A stretch of 32,000 nucleotides of DNA. Origin: an archaeon (GTDB lineage: Archaea; Iainarchaeota; Iainarchaeia; Iainarchaeales; 1-14-0-10-31-34). The position numbers and the translations under genes were made by a program. Shown here in pieces: positions 9,147 through 17,399 of this stretch. Each line of letters opens with the position of its first letter. Position 1 is the first letter of the stretch. A model generated the notes under the pieces. That model was given only the letters and a program-made list of their open reading frames with translations. It was not told the origin of the DNA and ran no database searches. The DNA is taken from positions 240,001 through 272,000 of the forward strand of contig JAJRVL010000004.1 of the NCBI GenBank assembly GCA_024277355.1. Direction: 5' to 3'.

Positions 9147-9798
9147 TTAAATACTCTTCAATTTCTTCAAGTGAAACAGCACAACCATTGAATTTCAACC
9201 CATATAACGCTGCTTCAAGTGATTTAACTGAATTCTCTAATTCTCCTTCAAAACAACCTAAATCAAATGCTTTTGCAATTAATTCAGCTGATCTTACAAT
9301 CTTTATGTTTCCTGCAACAGAAAGAAATTTCTTTAAATTAGTGTTATTCATTTTAATTTTTCTTCTGTAATTAAATCTTAATTTTTTTGCGAGATTTTTG
9401 GGTTCTTCAATCAGCATTCTTGTAGTTCTTTCATCAATTATCATTACAGAAGCATTGGTTTTTTTGTATAAAGCAAGAGTTTCAGCTTCGCCTGCATGAA
9501 TAACTTTAATTGGCTTGTTTTCAGCAAAAAAAATATTGTTTGCAAGATTTTCCAGTTCACTTGAATCAATTTCTTCTTTTTCAACTTTAAACCAGTTTAA
9601 ATCAATTGCTCTTTTTATTCGCAAAGCATTTAATTCAAAACGATTTATTTTCAATGGCTTTAAAACTGACTCAAATTCAACTGCTTTAGTAATTCTAAAA
9701 CTGTAATTTGTTTTTTTTGATAAATTTTCAAGAATATTCATTAAACAGTTCTGTGAAACAGAAATAATTGAACTTGAATCAAAAACAATTTCATTCAT
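9103..9798 (-). CDS. PIN-like domain protein (putative nuclease)
   Basis: N-terminal 'MNEIVFDSSSIISV', central 'HAGEAETLALYKKTNASVMIIDERTTRML'. Likely start at 9798 rather than 9831. Confidence 0.6.
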   Translation of the reverse strand: MNEIVFDSSSIISVSQNCLMNILENLSKKTNYSFRITKAVEFESVLKPLKINRFELNALRIKRAIDLNWFKVEKEEIDSSELENLANNIFFAENKPIKVIHAGEAETLALYKKTNASVMIIDERTTRMLIEEPKNLAKKLRFNYRRKIKMNNTNLKKFLSVAGNIKIVRSAELIAKAFDLGCFEGELENSVKSLEAALYGLKFNGCAVSLEEIEEYLSVFYGNNSGRKKRF

Positions 9799-10345
9799 TA
9801 AAAATTCCTTCCAGCATTTTTTTTCTTTCATTTATTCCTTTAATTGTTTTTTCTCTGTCATGAATTTTAGTTATTCCAACATATTCCAGTAAATCTTTTT
9901 CATTTGCATCAGTTAAACTGCTTGACTGCCTTAAACTTAAACCTAAAGCATAAGCCCTTGAAGCCTGCTTTACTCTTGCTTTTTCATATAAATTTGCAAC
10001 AAAATTTCCCATTGAAGAATCAACTTCAAAAACTCTTTTAGAAATATTATTTAATTCTTTCTTGAATTCATTAAAATTTTTTTTTCTAAGACTGCCTGTT
10101 GCATTCCCCAAAGAAAAATCAATTCTTGTTTTAATTTTATTCCATTTTTCTGTTTCAATAATATGCGGTTTAGATAATAATTTTTGTAAAGAATAAGAAA
10201 TCAATGAAAGCTGAGCTAAAATTTTATCTGACTTTAATGCTGCTTCTTCAATTAAATCATTGCTCAACTGCCTTAACTTAAATGAATCATTTTTCAAAAA
10301 CGCTTTCCTTATTTTTTCTGTTGCATTAATTAAATCCGAAATCAT
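9791..10345 (-). CDS. Hypothetical helical protein, translationally coupled to the PIN-like gene
   Basis: 184 aa ORF; its TGA (9793-9791) overlaps the ATG (9798-9796) of the PIN-like gene in ATGAATGA. Confidence 0.6.
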   Translation of the reverse strand: MISDLINATEKIRKAFLKNDSFKLRQLSNDLIEEAALKSDKILAQLSLISYSLQKLLSKPHIIETEKWNKIKTRIDFSLGNATGSLRKKNFNEFKKELNNISKRVFEVDSSMGNFVANLYEKARVKQASRAYALGLSLRQSSSLTDANEKDLLEYVGITKIHDREKTIKGINERKKMLEGIFNE

Positions 10346-10404
10346 GCATTAAAAAAAAGGAAACTAAACTATTTATACCTTTTTAATGATAAAAAAGTAA
10401 AAAC

Positions 10405-10413
10405 CTTTAAATA
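10405..10413 (+). promoter_or_regulatory. Candidate TATA box for a near-leaderless transcript
   Basis: 'ctttaaata' about 26 nt upstream of the ATG at 10435. Confidence 0.4.
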
Positions 10414-10434
10414 AAAGTTTCATATATTCTAAAT

Positions 10435-11085
10435 ATGCAGTTAACAAAAAACCATTACGCAGCAATAGCAATTGTAATTATTGCAATTACAACTGTATTA
10501 TTATCGCAGTTTCCATTAGAAAATCCTAAACAAAATGACTTAGATGACGAAAAATTTTATTTAAATATTCCTGATTATAACGGCGAAGAATATTATACTA
10601 ATATTCCAGATTATGATATTAAACAGGAACCAGATGATTTCTTTAACAATAAACCAACTCCAGTTGAAATTCCCTTGGAATTTTCAATTGAAACTTCCGG
10701 CTGTTTAGGAGAAGTAAAAGACAATGCTTTTATGCCTGATGAAGAAAAAATAAAAGAAGTAAAAGAAAATCCAGTTTTAACTGCAGGAAAAAATTCAATT
10801 AAAGTAGAACATTATGGAAAATTATTTTGCAATGGAGCATCAAAAATTGACACTAATGCTTTTATCAATACTGATGGATTTGTAATAATATTAGAACAAG
10901 AAGAAGTTGATTCAGATAAATTTGTTTATGGTCCAACAACTTCTCCTCCTGAAGAAAGATTAATCTGCATTTGCGATTACAAAACAACAGTTAAAGTAAC
11001 CGGAATGACACCAGATACTTATTCAGTTATAGTTGAAAACAAAGAAGGACAAGACTGGTTATACGAAGCAGTAACAGTAAACTAA
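10435..11085 (+). CDS. Membrane-anchored/secreted hypothetical protein
   Basis: 216 aa; N-terminal hydrophobic segment 'YAAIAIVIIAITTVLLS', then a polar extracellular-type region. Confidence 0.65.
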   Translation: MQLTKNHYAAIAIVIIAITTVLLSQFPLENPKQNDLDDEKFYLNIPDYNGEEYYTNIPDYDIKQEPDDFFNNKPTPVEIPLEFSIETSGCLGEVKDNAFMPDEEKIKEVKENPVLTAGKNSIKVEHYGKLFCNGASKIDTNAFINTDGFVIILEQEEVDSDKFVYGPTTSPPEERLICICDYKTTVKVTGMTPDTYSVIVENKEGQDWLYEAVTVN

Positions 11086-11124
11086 TTCTAAAAAAAAGAA
11101 GCAAATAATACTTAATAAAAAAAT

Positions 11125-11180
11125 GCTTTATCGAGCTGAAAGCGAAGATAATGCACTGGTGTTAACTGACAGCGGCAGTT
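11125..11180. other. Candidate structured non-coding segment adjacent to the tRNA-Pro 3' end
   Basis: GCTTTATC(11125-11132)/GATAATGC(11147-11154) pairing with one mismatch; AACTG(11164-11168)/CAGTT(11176-11180). Confidence 0.25.
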
Positions 11181-11181
11181 A

Positions 11182-11337
11182 TGGGACTGCCCGGATTTGA
11201 ACCGGGGTCAATGGCTAATTTGCAACAGTTATTTAACAGAATAAAACAAAGCAAACCGGCTGAAAACCATGCCTGCACTCAACTGATAAAACAGTTGCCC
11301 CAAAGCCACAATGCTAACCAAGCTACACCACAGCCCC
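11182..11337 (-). tRNA. tRNA-Pro(TGG) with an 82-nt intron (11217-11298) between positions 37 and 38; 74 nt mature; CCA not encoded
   Basis: Acceptor GGGGCTG/CAGTCCC, T arm CCCGG TTCAAAT CCGGG, anticodon stem GTGGC/GCCAT, loop TTTGGG|A. BHB: central helix TTTG/CAAA, bulges GG|G and TT|A, inner helix CAAC/GTTG. Confidence 0.93.
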
Positions 11338-11421
11338 AAAACTGCAATTATACTCTTAAAACTTAATAAAAGAAAGTTTTTAAAGTAAAAGCATTTAAGT
11401 TATTGGAACATAATTCTTACT

Positions 11422-13260
11422 ATGAATTTCAGAGAATTAGCTGAATATTTTAATAAAATTGAATTAATTTCTTCTCGATTAGAAATGACTAAAATTTTAG
11501 CTGAATTACTAAAAAAAGCTGATTCAGAAAACATAAAAAAAATTGTTTTTTTATGTCAGGGAAGATTAGGTGCAAACTATGAAAAAACTGAGTCAGGTTT
11601 AGGAGAAAAAATGGTAATTGAAGCAATAGTAAAAGCTTCAGGTTTTACAAAAAAAGAAATAGAAAAAAGCTTCAGAGAAAAAGGCGATTTAGGTTTAGCT
11701 GCAGAAGAATTTTGTTCCCAAAAAAAACAGGCTTCATTATTTTCAGAAGAATTAAATGTAAAAAAAGTTTTTAATAATTTAATTAAAATTTCAAAAACAG
11801 AAGGAACAGGCTCAAAAGAATCAAAACTAAAATTAATGGCTGAATTATTTAATTCTGCTTCAGGAACAGAAGCAAAATTTATTGCAAGAATTCCATTAGA
11901 AAATTTAAGGTTAGGCGTAGGAGATCCAACAATAATGGATTCTTTGGCTTCAAATTTGCTTGAAGAAGGAAAACAAAACAAACAATGGATTAAAGAAATT
12001 GAAACAGAAATGAAAGAAAAAAAAATTAAAGAAAAAAACTGGAAAGAAGAATTAAATCGAAAAATTAAATTAAAGTTAAGGGAAAAAATAGAAGAAAAAT
12101 ATAATATTCATCCAGATTTAGGTTTAATTGCAGAAATACTGAAAAAAAAAGGACTTAAAGGATTAAAAGAAATTCAAATTCAAATTGGAATTCCTATCAG
12201 ACCAACACTTGCAGAAAGACTGAATTCTTCAGAAGAAATAATAAAAAAATTAGGCAACTGTATTGTTGAAAGCAAATATGATGGATTTAGAATTCAATGC
12301 CATAAAGATGGAAATAAAGTATGGATTTATTCAAGGCAGTCAGAAAACATGACTGAAATGTTTCCTGATTTAGTTAAAGCAATAAAAGAAGAAATCAAAA
12401 CAGAAAAAGTTATTTTAGAAGGAGAAGCAATTGCATTTAATGAATTAACCAATGAATTCTGGCCTTTTCAGATTACAATTCAAAGAAAAAGAAAATATGG
12501 AATAGATGACAAAGCAAAAGAATTTCCATTAAAATTATTTGTTTTTGATATAATGTTTTTAGAAGGAAAAAATTTAATGAACGAAACTTTTACTGAAAGA
12601 AGAAAAGCTTTAAAAGACATAATTGGAAACGGAAATACAGTTGCTTTAACTAATTTTATTGAAACTGATTCAGCAAAAAAATTAGATGAATTTTTTGAAG
12701 AAAGTATTACTAATGGATTAGAAGGAATTATTGCAAAAGACTTAAATGCAAAATATATTGCAGGAAAAAGAAAATTTGCCTGGATTAAATTAAAGAGAAG
12801 CTATAAAGGAGAATTAAATGATTCAGTTGACGGAGTAATAATAGGTTATTATACTGGAAAAGGAAAAAGAACTGAATTTGGTTTAGGTGCATTATTAACT
12901 GCAGTTTATTCAGAAAAAGAAGATGTCTTTAAAAGCATTGCAAAAATTGGAACAGGATTAACAGACAAAAATTTAAGTGAACTGGAAAAAATTCTGAAAA
13001 AAATTTCTTCAAAGAAAAAACCTGCAAGAGTTGAATCAGAATTAACTCCTGATTACTGGACTGCTCCAAAATATGTAATTGAATTAAGAGCAGATGAAAT
13101 AACCCAAAGTCCAATTCATTTAGCTGCAAAAAAAGACGGAAAAGGCCTTGCATTGAGATTTCCAAGAATGATTTCAATAAGACAAGACAAAAAACCGGAA
13201 GACGCAACAACAGAAGAAGAAATCAAAAAAATGTATGAAAAACAAGGAAAAAAAGAATAA
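11422..13260 (+). CDS. lig: ATP-dependent DNA ligase
   Basis: 612 aa; adenylation motif 'ESKYDGFRIQCHKDGNKVWIYSRQSENMTEMFPDL', 'EGIIAKDLNAKYIAGKRKFAWIKLKRSY', 'LRFPR'. Confidence 0.97.
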   Translation: MNFRELAEYFNKIELISSRLEMTKILAELLKKADSENIKKIVFLCQGRLGANYEKTESGLGEKMVIEAIVKASGFTKKEIEKSFREKGDLGLAAEEFCSQKKQASLFSEELNVKKVFNNLIKISKTEGTGSKESKLKLMAELFNSASGTEAKFIARIPLENLRLGVGDPTIMDSLASNLLEEGKQNKQWIKEIETEMKEKKIKEKNWKEELNRKIKLKLREKIEEKYNIHPDLGLIAEILKKKGLKGLKEIQIQIGIPIRPTLAERLNSSEEIIKKLGNCIVESKYDGFRIQCHKDGNKVWIYSRQSENMTEMFPDLVKAIKEEIKTEKVILEGEAIAFNELTNEFWPFQITIQRKRKYGIDDKAKEFPLKLFVFDIMFLEGKNLMNETFTERRKALKDIIGNGNTVALTNFIETDSAKKLDEFFEESITNGLEGIIAKDLNAKYIAGKRKFAWIKLKRSYKGELNDSVDGVIIGYYTGKGKRTEFGLGALLTAVYSEKEDVFKSIAKIGTGLTDKNLSELEKILKKISSKKKPARVESELTPDYWTAPKYVIELRADEITQSPIHLAAKKDGKGLALRFPRMISIRQDKKPEDATTEEEIKKMYEKQGKKE

Positions 13261-13340
13261 AAAAAATATAAAGAAAAACAAAACAAAAAAGCTAACAGAA
13301 AGAAATAATAACCCAAAAAAGTTTAGTATTAAGGATTAAA

Positions 13341-13589
13341 ATGAACAAAACAGTATTTTTTTTGTTTAGAGCATCATTATTTATGACAGGGTTTGTAGCA
13401 GTAGCTTATGCTATGGTTTACTTTGGACAGTATTTAGGGGAATTCAGAGATTACTTTTTTCGTGCAGGAAAATGGCCTGAAGCATTAGCTTTATTAATAA
13501 TTGTTTTAGGAATAAGCTCAGTATTAAGGAAACTGCTGTTATGGGAATACAGAAAAGAAGCAGGAATTAAAAGGAGAAAAAAAAGATGA
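13341..13589 (+). CDS. Small membrane protein, hypothetical
   Basis: 82 aa with two hydrophobic segments; ATGA overlap with the next gene. Confidence 0.6.
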   Translation: MNKTVFFLFRASLFMTGFVAVAYAMVYFGQYLGEFRDYFFRAGKWPEALALLIIVLGISSVLRKLLLWEYRKEAGIKRRKKR

Positions 13590-14566
13590 ATCCATTCAAA
13601 ATAGTAATTAGTTTTATTATAATTATTTACTTGTTTTTTTTTATTTCAAATATTTTTTTTCCTGCAGCTTTTCCAAAAGAAGAAATAATAAACAAAATAA
13701 CTGAACAAATAGAAAACTCAAAAACAAAATTAGGAGAATACAATTCAAAATATAATATTAAATTCCAAAAAAAAGTAAGTTTAACAAAAAATGATTTTGA
13801 AACAAAAAACACTAAAATTGAATTTCAATGCAATTCTTACAGGCATTGCTGTTCAGAAAATGAAGAATGCAGTGAAAAAATTGAATGGACAAAAAATACA
13901 GTTAAGTTTAACGAAACAGCAAATCCAATAACAAGCACCAGATGTGAAGAAATAAAAGGAACTTTTTTCTGCAAAATTTATTTAGGAAAAATTCCAGCTC
14001 AAATTAAATTAAATGATTTCAGCATAAACAATAACTTTAATTTTAATTCAGATAAACTCAAAATAACTGCAAAAATAATTAATGCAGGAGCAGTAACAGA
14101 AAATTTTGCTGTAATGCAGACAAAAATTTTTATTGTATTTTATGAAAACGGAGAAAAAAAAGAAGAATTAATAAAAGAAGTTTCAGGCAAAACCACAAAA
14201 ATTGAACCAAATGAAATAAAAATATTAACAGAAGAAATTGAAATTAATTCTTCAGGAGAATACTTAATTAAAACAAAAATAACCGGATTAGATTTTGGTT
14301 TAACTGAAAAAAAATCCACAATAAATGTTTTTGGAGACACAGAATATAACTGCAGAATAAATAAAACAAAAAAAGAAATTTTTATTTACCCTGAAACAAT
14401 AGGAGAAAACAAAATTCCTGAATGCGAAATAAAATATTTTTGTTCAAACTGCTTATATGCATTTGAATGCAAATACGCATGGAAACAAGAAACCTCTGAA
14501 AAAAACTTTGAATTAGGAACAAAAGATTACTCAACAGAAGAAACAAGAGGAACCAATTGCAGTTAA
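13586..14566 (+). CDS. Secreted or membrane-anchored Cys-containing hypothetical protein
   Basis: 326 aa; N-terminal TM 'IVISFIIIIYLFFFISNIFF'; several Cys clusters (CNSYRHCCSENEECSE, CKIYL, CEIKYFCSNCLYAFECKYAW); overlaps previous ORF by 4 nt. Confidence 0.6.
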   Translation: MNPFKIVISFIIIIYLFFFISNIFFPAAFPKEEIINKITEQIENSKTKLGEYNSKYNIKFQKKVSLTKNDFETKNTKIEFQCNSYRHCCSENEECSEKIEWTKNTVKFNETANPITSTRCEEIKGTFFCKIYLGKIPAQIKLNDFSINNNFNFNSDKLKITAKIINAGAVTENFAVMQTKIFIVFYENGEKKEELIKEVSGKTTKIEPNEIKILTEEIEINSSGEYLIKTKITGLDFGLTEKKSTINVFGDTEYNCRINKTKKEIFIYPETIGENKIPECEIKYFCSNCLYAFECKYAWKQETSEKNFELGTKDYSTEETRGTNCS

Positions 14567-14621
14567 CCAAGAAGACTTAAAAAGTATTTGCAATTAAATT
14601 TATTTATTAAAGGTGAAAAAA

Positions 14622-15272
14622 ATGGAAGTATTTATTGACACAGCAAACATAAAAGAAATAAAAAAATATTATGAAATGGGAATAGTTGACGGAGTAACCA
14701 CTAACCCTTCATTAATAGCAAAAGAAACAAAATCTTTTGAAGAAATAATTAAAGAAATAGTTTCAGTTGTAAACGGCCCAATTAGTATTGAAGCAACAGC
14801 AGAAAACGCAGAAGACATAATAAAAGAAGGAGAAAAATACTCTAAAATACACAAAAATATTGTAATTAAAGTTGCAATGAACGAAGAAGGATTAAAAGCA
14901 ATAAAAGAATTAACAAAAAAAAACATTAAAACTAACTGCACTTTAATTTTTTCTGCTAATCAGGCATTGCTTGCAGCAAAAGCAGGAGCCACTTATGTAA
15001 GTGTTTTTATTGGAAGATTAGATGACGCAGGAAATGACGGAATGCAGGTAATAAAAGATACAATGGAAATATTCAAAAAATTTGGAATTAAAAGCAAGTT
15101 AATTGCAGCAAGTATTAGAAATCCAATTCATGTAATTGAATCAGCTAAAGCAGGATCAGATGTGGCAACAATTCCATTTAAAGTATTAGATTTAATGATA
15201 AAACACCCATTAACAGACAAAGGCATACAAAAATTTTTGGATGACTGGAAAAAAGTAAAAAAGGATGTTTAA
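14622..15272 (+). CDS. fsa: Transaldolase / fructose-6-phosphate aldolase-like protein
   Basis: '[35 protein letters not shown]', '[11 protein letters not shown]'-like region '[19 protein letters not shown]', '[32 protein letters not shown]'. ATG at 14622 preferred over GTG at 14613. Confidence 0.93.
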   Translation: MEVFIDTANIKEIKKYYEMGIVDGVTTNPSLIAKETKSFEEIIKEIVSVVNGPISIEATAENAEDIIKEGEKYSKIHKNIVIKVAMNEEGLKAIKELTKKNIKTNCTLIFSANQALLAAKAGATYVSVFIGRLDDAGNDGMQVIKDTMEIFKKFGIKSKLIAASIRNPIHVIESAKAGSDVATIPFKVLDLMIKHPLTDKGIQKFLDDWKKVKKDV

Positions 15273-15889
15273 TGAAACCAATAAAAAAAATAAAAGCACT
15301 AATCAGAAGCACTCCAATGGAATTAGCTAAAGGAGGCATTAAAAGTCAAATAATAAAAATAACTAATCCAAAAAGATACAAAGAACTTAAAGCAATGCGG
15401 GGAAATAAAAAAAAATTAATTCAGGAAAAGAAAAGAATAATTGAATTAATAAAAAATTCGCTGCATTACAGTAAAATTAAACCAATAAAAATTTACGGCA
15501 GAATAAAAACTTTAGGAAGTTTAGACAGAAAAGAAAGATATGCACAAAAAACATACAAAGAAAACGCAAAAGACTTTATGGGAAAAGACTTAATTGGAAT
15601 AAGCATAATAATTAAATCAAAAAAAGAAGCAAACCATGTTTTAAAAACACTAAAAAGAATTGGAACGTTTCCTGAATTAAAAGAAAGACAAAACCCAAGA
15701 GATTATTTTGAAAACGCAAAACAAGTAAGAAGACCAGAAGTAAAAACAACAAATTCAATTACAGGAAATCTAAATATTAATGGAACTATTTTTCATATAA
15801 GAATAATGACTCCAGAAACCTTACAAAAAGAAAACATTGGAAGAAGAGACTACAAAAAAAGAATAAAACAAACAATAAACAAAAAATAA
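15272..15889 (+). CDS. Divergent RelA/SpoT-like nucleotidyltransferase-fold protein
   Basis: 205 aa; ordered similarity to the ppGpp-synthetase domain: 'IKIYGRIKTLGSLDRKER', 'KDLIGISIII', 'PRDYFENAK', 'NGTIFHIRIMTPETLQKENIGRRDYKK'; several catalytic positions appear substituted. Confidence 0.5.
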   Translation: MKPIKKIKALIRSTPMELAKGGIKSQIIKITNPKRYKELKAMRGNKKKLIQEKKRIIELIKNSLHYSKIKPIKIYGRIKTLGSLDRKERYAQKTYKENAKDFMGKDLIGISIIIKSKKEANHVLKTLKRIGTFPELKERQNPRDYFENAKQVRRPEVKTTNSITGNLNINGTIFHIRIMTPETLQKENIGRRDYKKRIKQTINKK

Positions 15890-15892
15890 AAT

Positions 15893-16576
15893 TTACTTTT
15901 TTTCTAATTCAATTTTTTTTATTTCAAAAAAACCTGAATCCTTATCCCAGTGACTTTCGGCTTCAACAACTTTAAGTTTTTTCTTAAAAAACGGAGCATT
16001 TAAAACAAAAGATTCATATTCTCCGCCTTCACCTGCAACATTTAAGCCAATAGTTTTATCTAATTCAATTAATTCATTCAAAACTTTTTCATTTAAAGTT
16101 TTTCCAAGCCATTTTTCATCTAAGCCCTGGGCTGCAACGCCAACAATTAAAACTTCAAATTTTTTTTCAATTAATTCCCTTAAATATTCTGTTTGATTTC
16201 TCTGCCATAAAGGAGAAAAACATTCAAGACTTAATTCATTACAGATTTTTTCAATTCGTTTTTTTTGATAAGAAGAAGCTAAAGCACCAGTGGTTATTCC
16301 TTCAATTTCAAAATCTTTTTTTGCTTTAATTAAAGCAGAAGTTAAATCAGTTAATTCTTTTTCTTCTTCTCCTAAAGTATTTGCATACATAATTTCTATT
16401 TCTGCTGCTTTACTCTGAAAAGAAGTTAATTTAATATTTGGAGTATGAAACATAAAACTGTATTTGTTTTCTGAAATCATTGAAATTAAAATTTTTATTT
16501 CATGTTTTTGTTCTATTGCCCAGTTAACCGCAAAACAAGAATCTTTTCCTCCAGAAAACAAACTTCCTAACTTCAT
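15893..16576 (-). CDS. dph6: Diphthine--ammonia ligase (Dph6 / DUF71 adenine nucleotide alpha hydrolase)
   Basis: 227 aa; 'SLFSGGKDSCFAVNWAIEQKHEI', 'TGALASSYQKKRIEKICNELSLECFSPLW', 'NVAGEGGEYESFVLNAPFF'. Confidence 0.93.
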   Translation of the reverse strand: MKLGSLFSGGKDSCFAVNWAIEQKHEIKILISMISENKYSFMFHTPNIKLTSFQSKAAEIEIMYANTLGEEEKELTDLTSALIKAKKDFEIEGITTGALASSYQKKRIEKICNELSLECFSPLWQRNQTEYLRELIEKKFEVLIVGVAAQGLDEKWLGKTLNEKVLNELIELDKTIGLNVAGEGGEYESFVLNAPFFKKKLKVVEAESHWDKDSGFFEIKKIELEKK

Positions 16577-16634
16577 TAAAAAATTGTTCCTGAAAAAGAT
16601 TAAATATTAATTGATTTCCTTGTTTTATGAATCT

Positions 16635-17354
16635 ATGGAAACAGAACTGATTTTTCTGAAAGACTGTTATACAAAAGAATTAACAGGAGAAGTAATTGAA
16701 GTTAATTTAGAAGAAAAATGGATTATTTTAAATAAAACTATTTTTTATGCTGAATCAGGAGGACAGCCTTCAGATAAAGGAATAATTGAATTTAACGGAA
16801 AAAAAAGCAAAATAAAAGAAGTAAGAAAACAAAATGGAAGAATTTTGCATTTTATTGAAGGAGAAATTCCTGAAAAAGGAAGTGAAGTAAAAGAAATTCT
16901 TGACTGGAATTTGCGTTATAATTACATGAAAATGCATTCAGCACAACATCTTTTATCTGCATTAATTTTAGATAAATATAATGCTTCAACTGTCGGCAAC
17001 CAGATTGGAAAAGAAAAAAGCAGAATGGATTTTCATCCTTTAAGAAGCAATGAACAAATGCTGAAAGAAATGCAAGACAAATTTAATGAAATAATTGAAC
17101 AAGAAATTCCAATAACAATTTCATTTAAAGAAAGAAAAACTGTTTTAGATGAAGTAGATGAAAAACGAAGAGTTCTTTTCTCCAGATTACCTGAAGCAAT
17201 AAAAGAAATAAGAGTAATTGACATTCAAGGAATAGATAAATGCCCTTGCGGAGGAACCCACGTCAAAAACACAAAAGAAATCGGCAAAATTAAAATCCTT
17301 GGAAGACAAAACAAAGGAAAGCAAAGAGACAGAATTTCATTTGAATTAGAATAA
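16635..17354 (+). CDS. alaX: Alanyl-tRNA editing protein AlaX-type
   Basis: 'GGQPSDKGII', 'MHSAQHLLSALILDKYNASTVG', 'IDKCPCGGTHVKNTKEIG'. ATG at 16635 preferred over the TTG reported at 16611. Confidence 0.93.
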   Translation: METELIFLKDCYTKELTGEVIEVNLEEKWIILNKTIFYAESGGQPSDKGIIEFNGKKSKIKEVRKQNGRILHFIEGEIPEKGSEVKEILDWNLRYNYMKMHSAQHLLSALILDKYNASTVGNQIGKEKSRMDFHPLRSNEQMLKEMQDKFNEIIEQEIPITISFKERKTVLDEVDEKRRVLFSRLPEAIKEIRVIDIQGIDKCPCGGTHVKNTKEIGKIKILGRQNKGKQRDRISFELE

Positions 17355-17360
17355 TAAACT

Positions 17361-17370
17361 ACTTAAATAC
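17361..17370 (+). promoter_or_regulatory. Candidate TATA box upstream of gatD
   Basis: 'acttaaatac', 30-39 nt upstream of the ATG at 17400. Confidence 0.4.
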
Positions 17371-17399
17371 TTTTTTGTCTTTTATTTAATTGATTTTAA

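Noticed and set aside
9103-10345. Classical VapBC toxin-antitoxin module
   Set aside because: The PIN-like protein is longer than typical VapC and the 184-aa partner does not resemble a VapB; kept only as a coupled pair of unknown function.
11181-11366. Minus-strand ORF of 61 aa (MGLPGFEPGS...)
   Set aside because: It overlaps the tRNA-Pro gene on the opposite reading sense; 'GLPGFEPGS' is a well-known spurious translation of tRNA T-arm sequence.
14613-14621. GTG start for the Fsa-like gene (and GTG 25987 for purM)
   Set aside because: The GTGA is better explained as the ribosome-binding motif, with ATG at 14622 and 25996 as starts.
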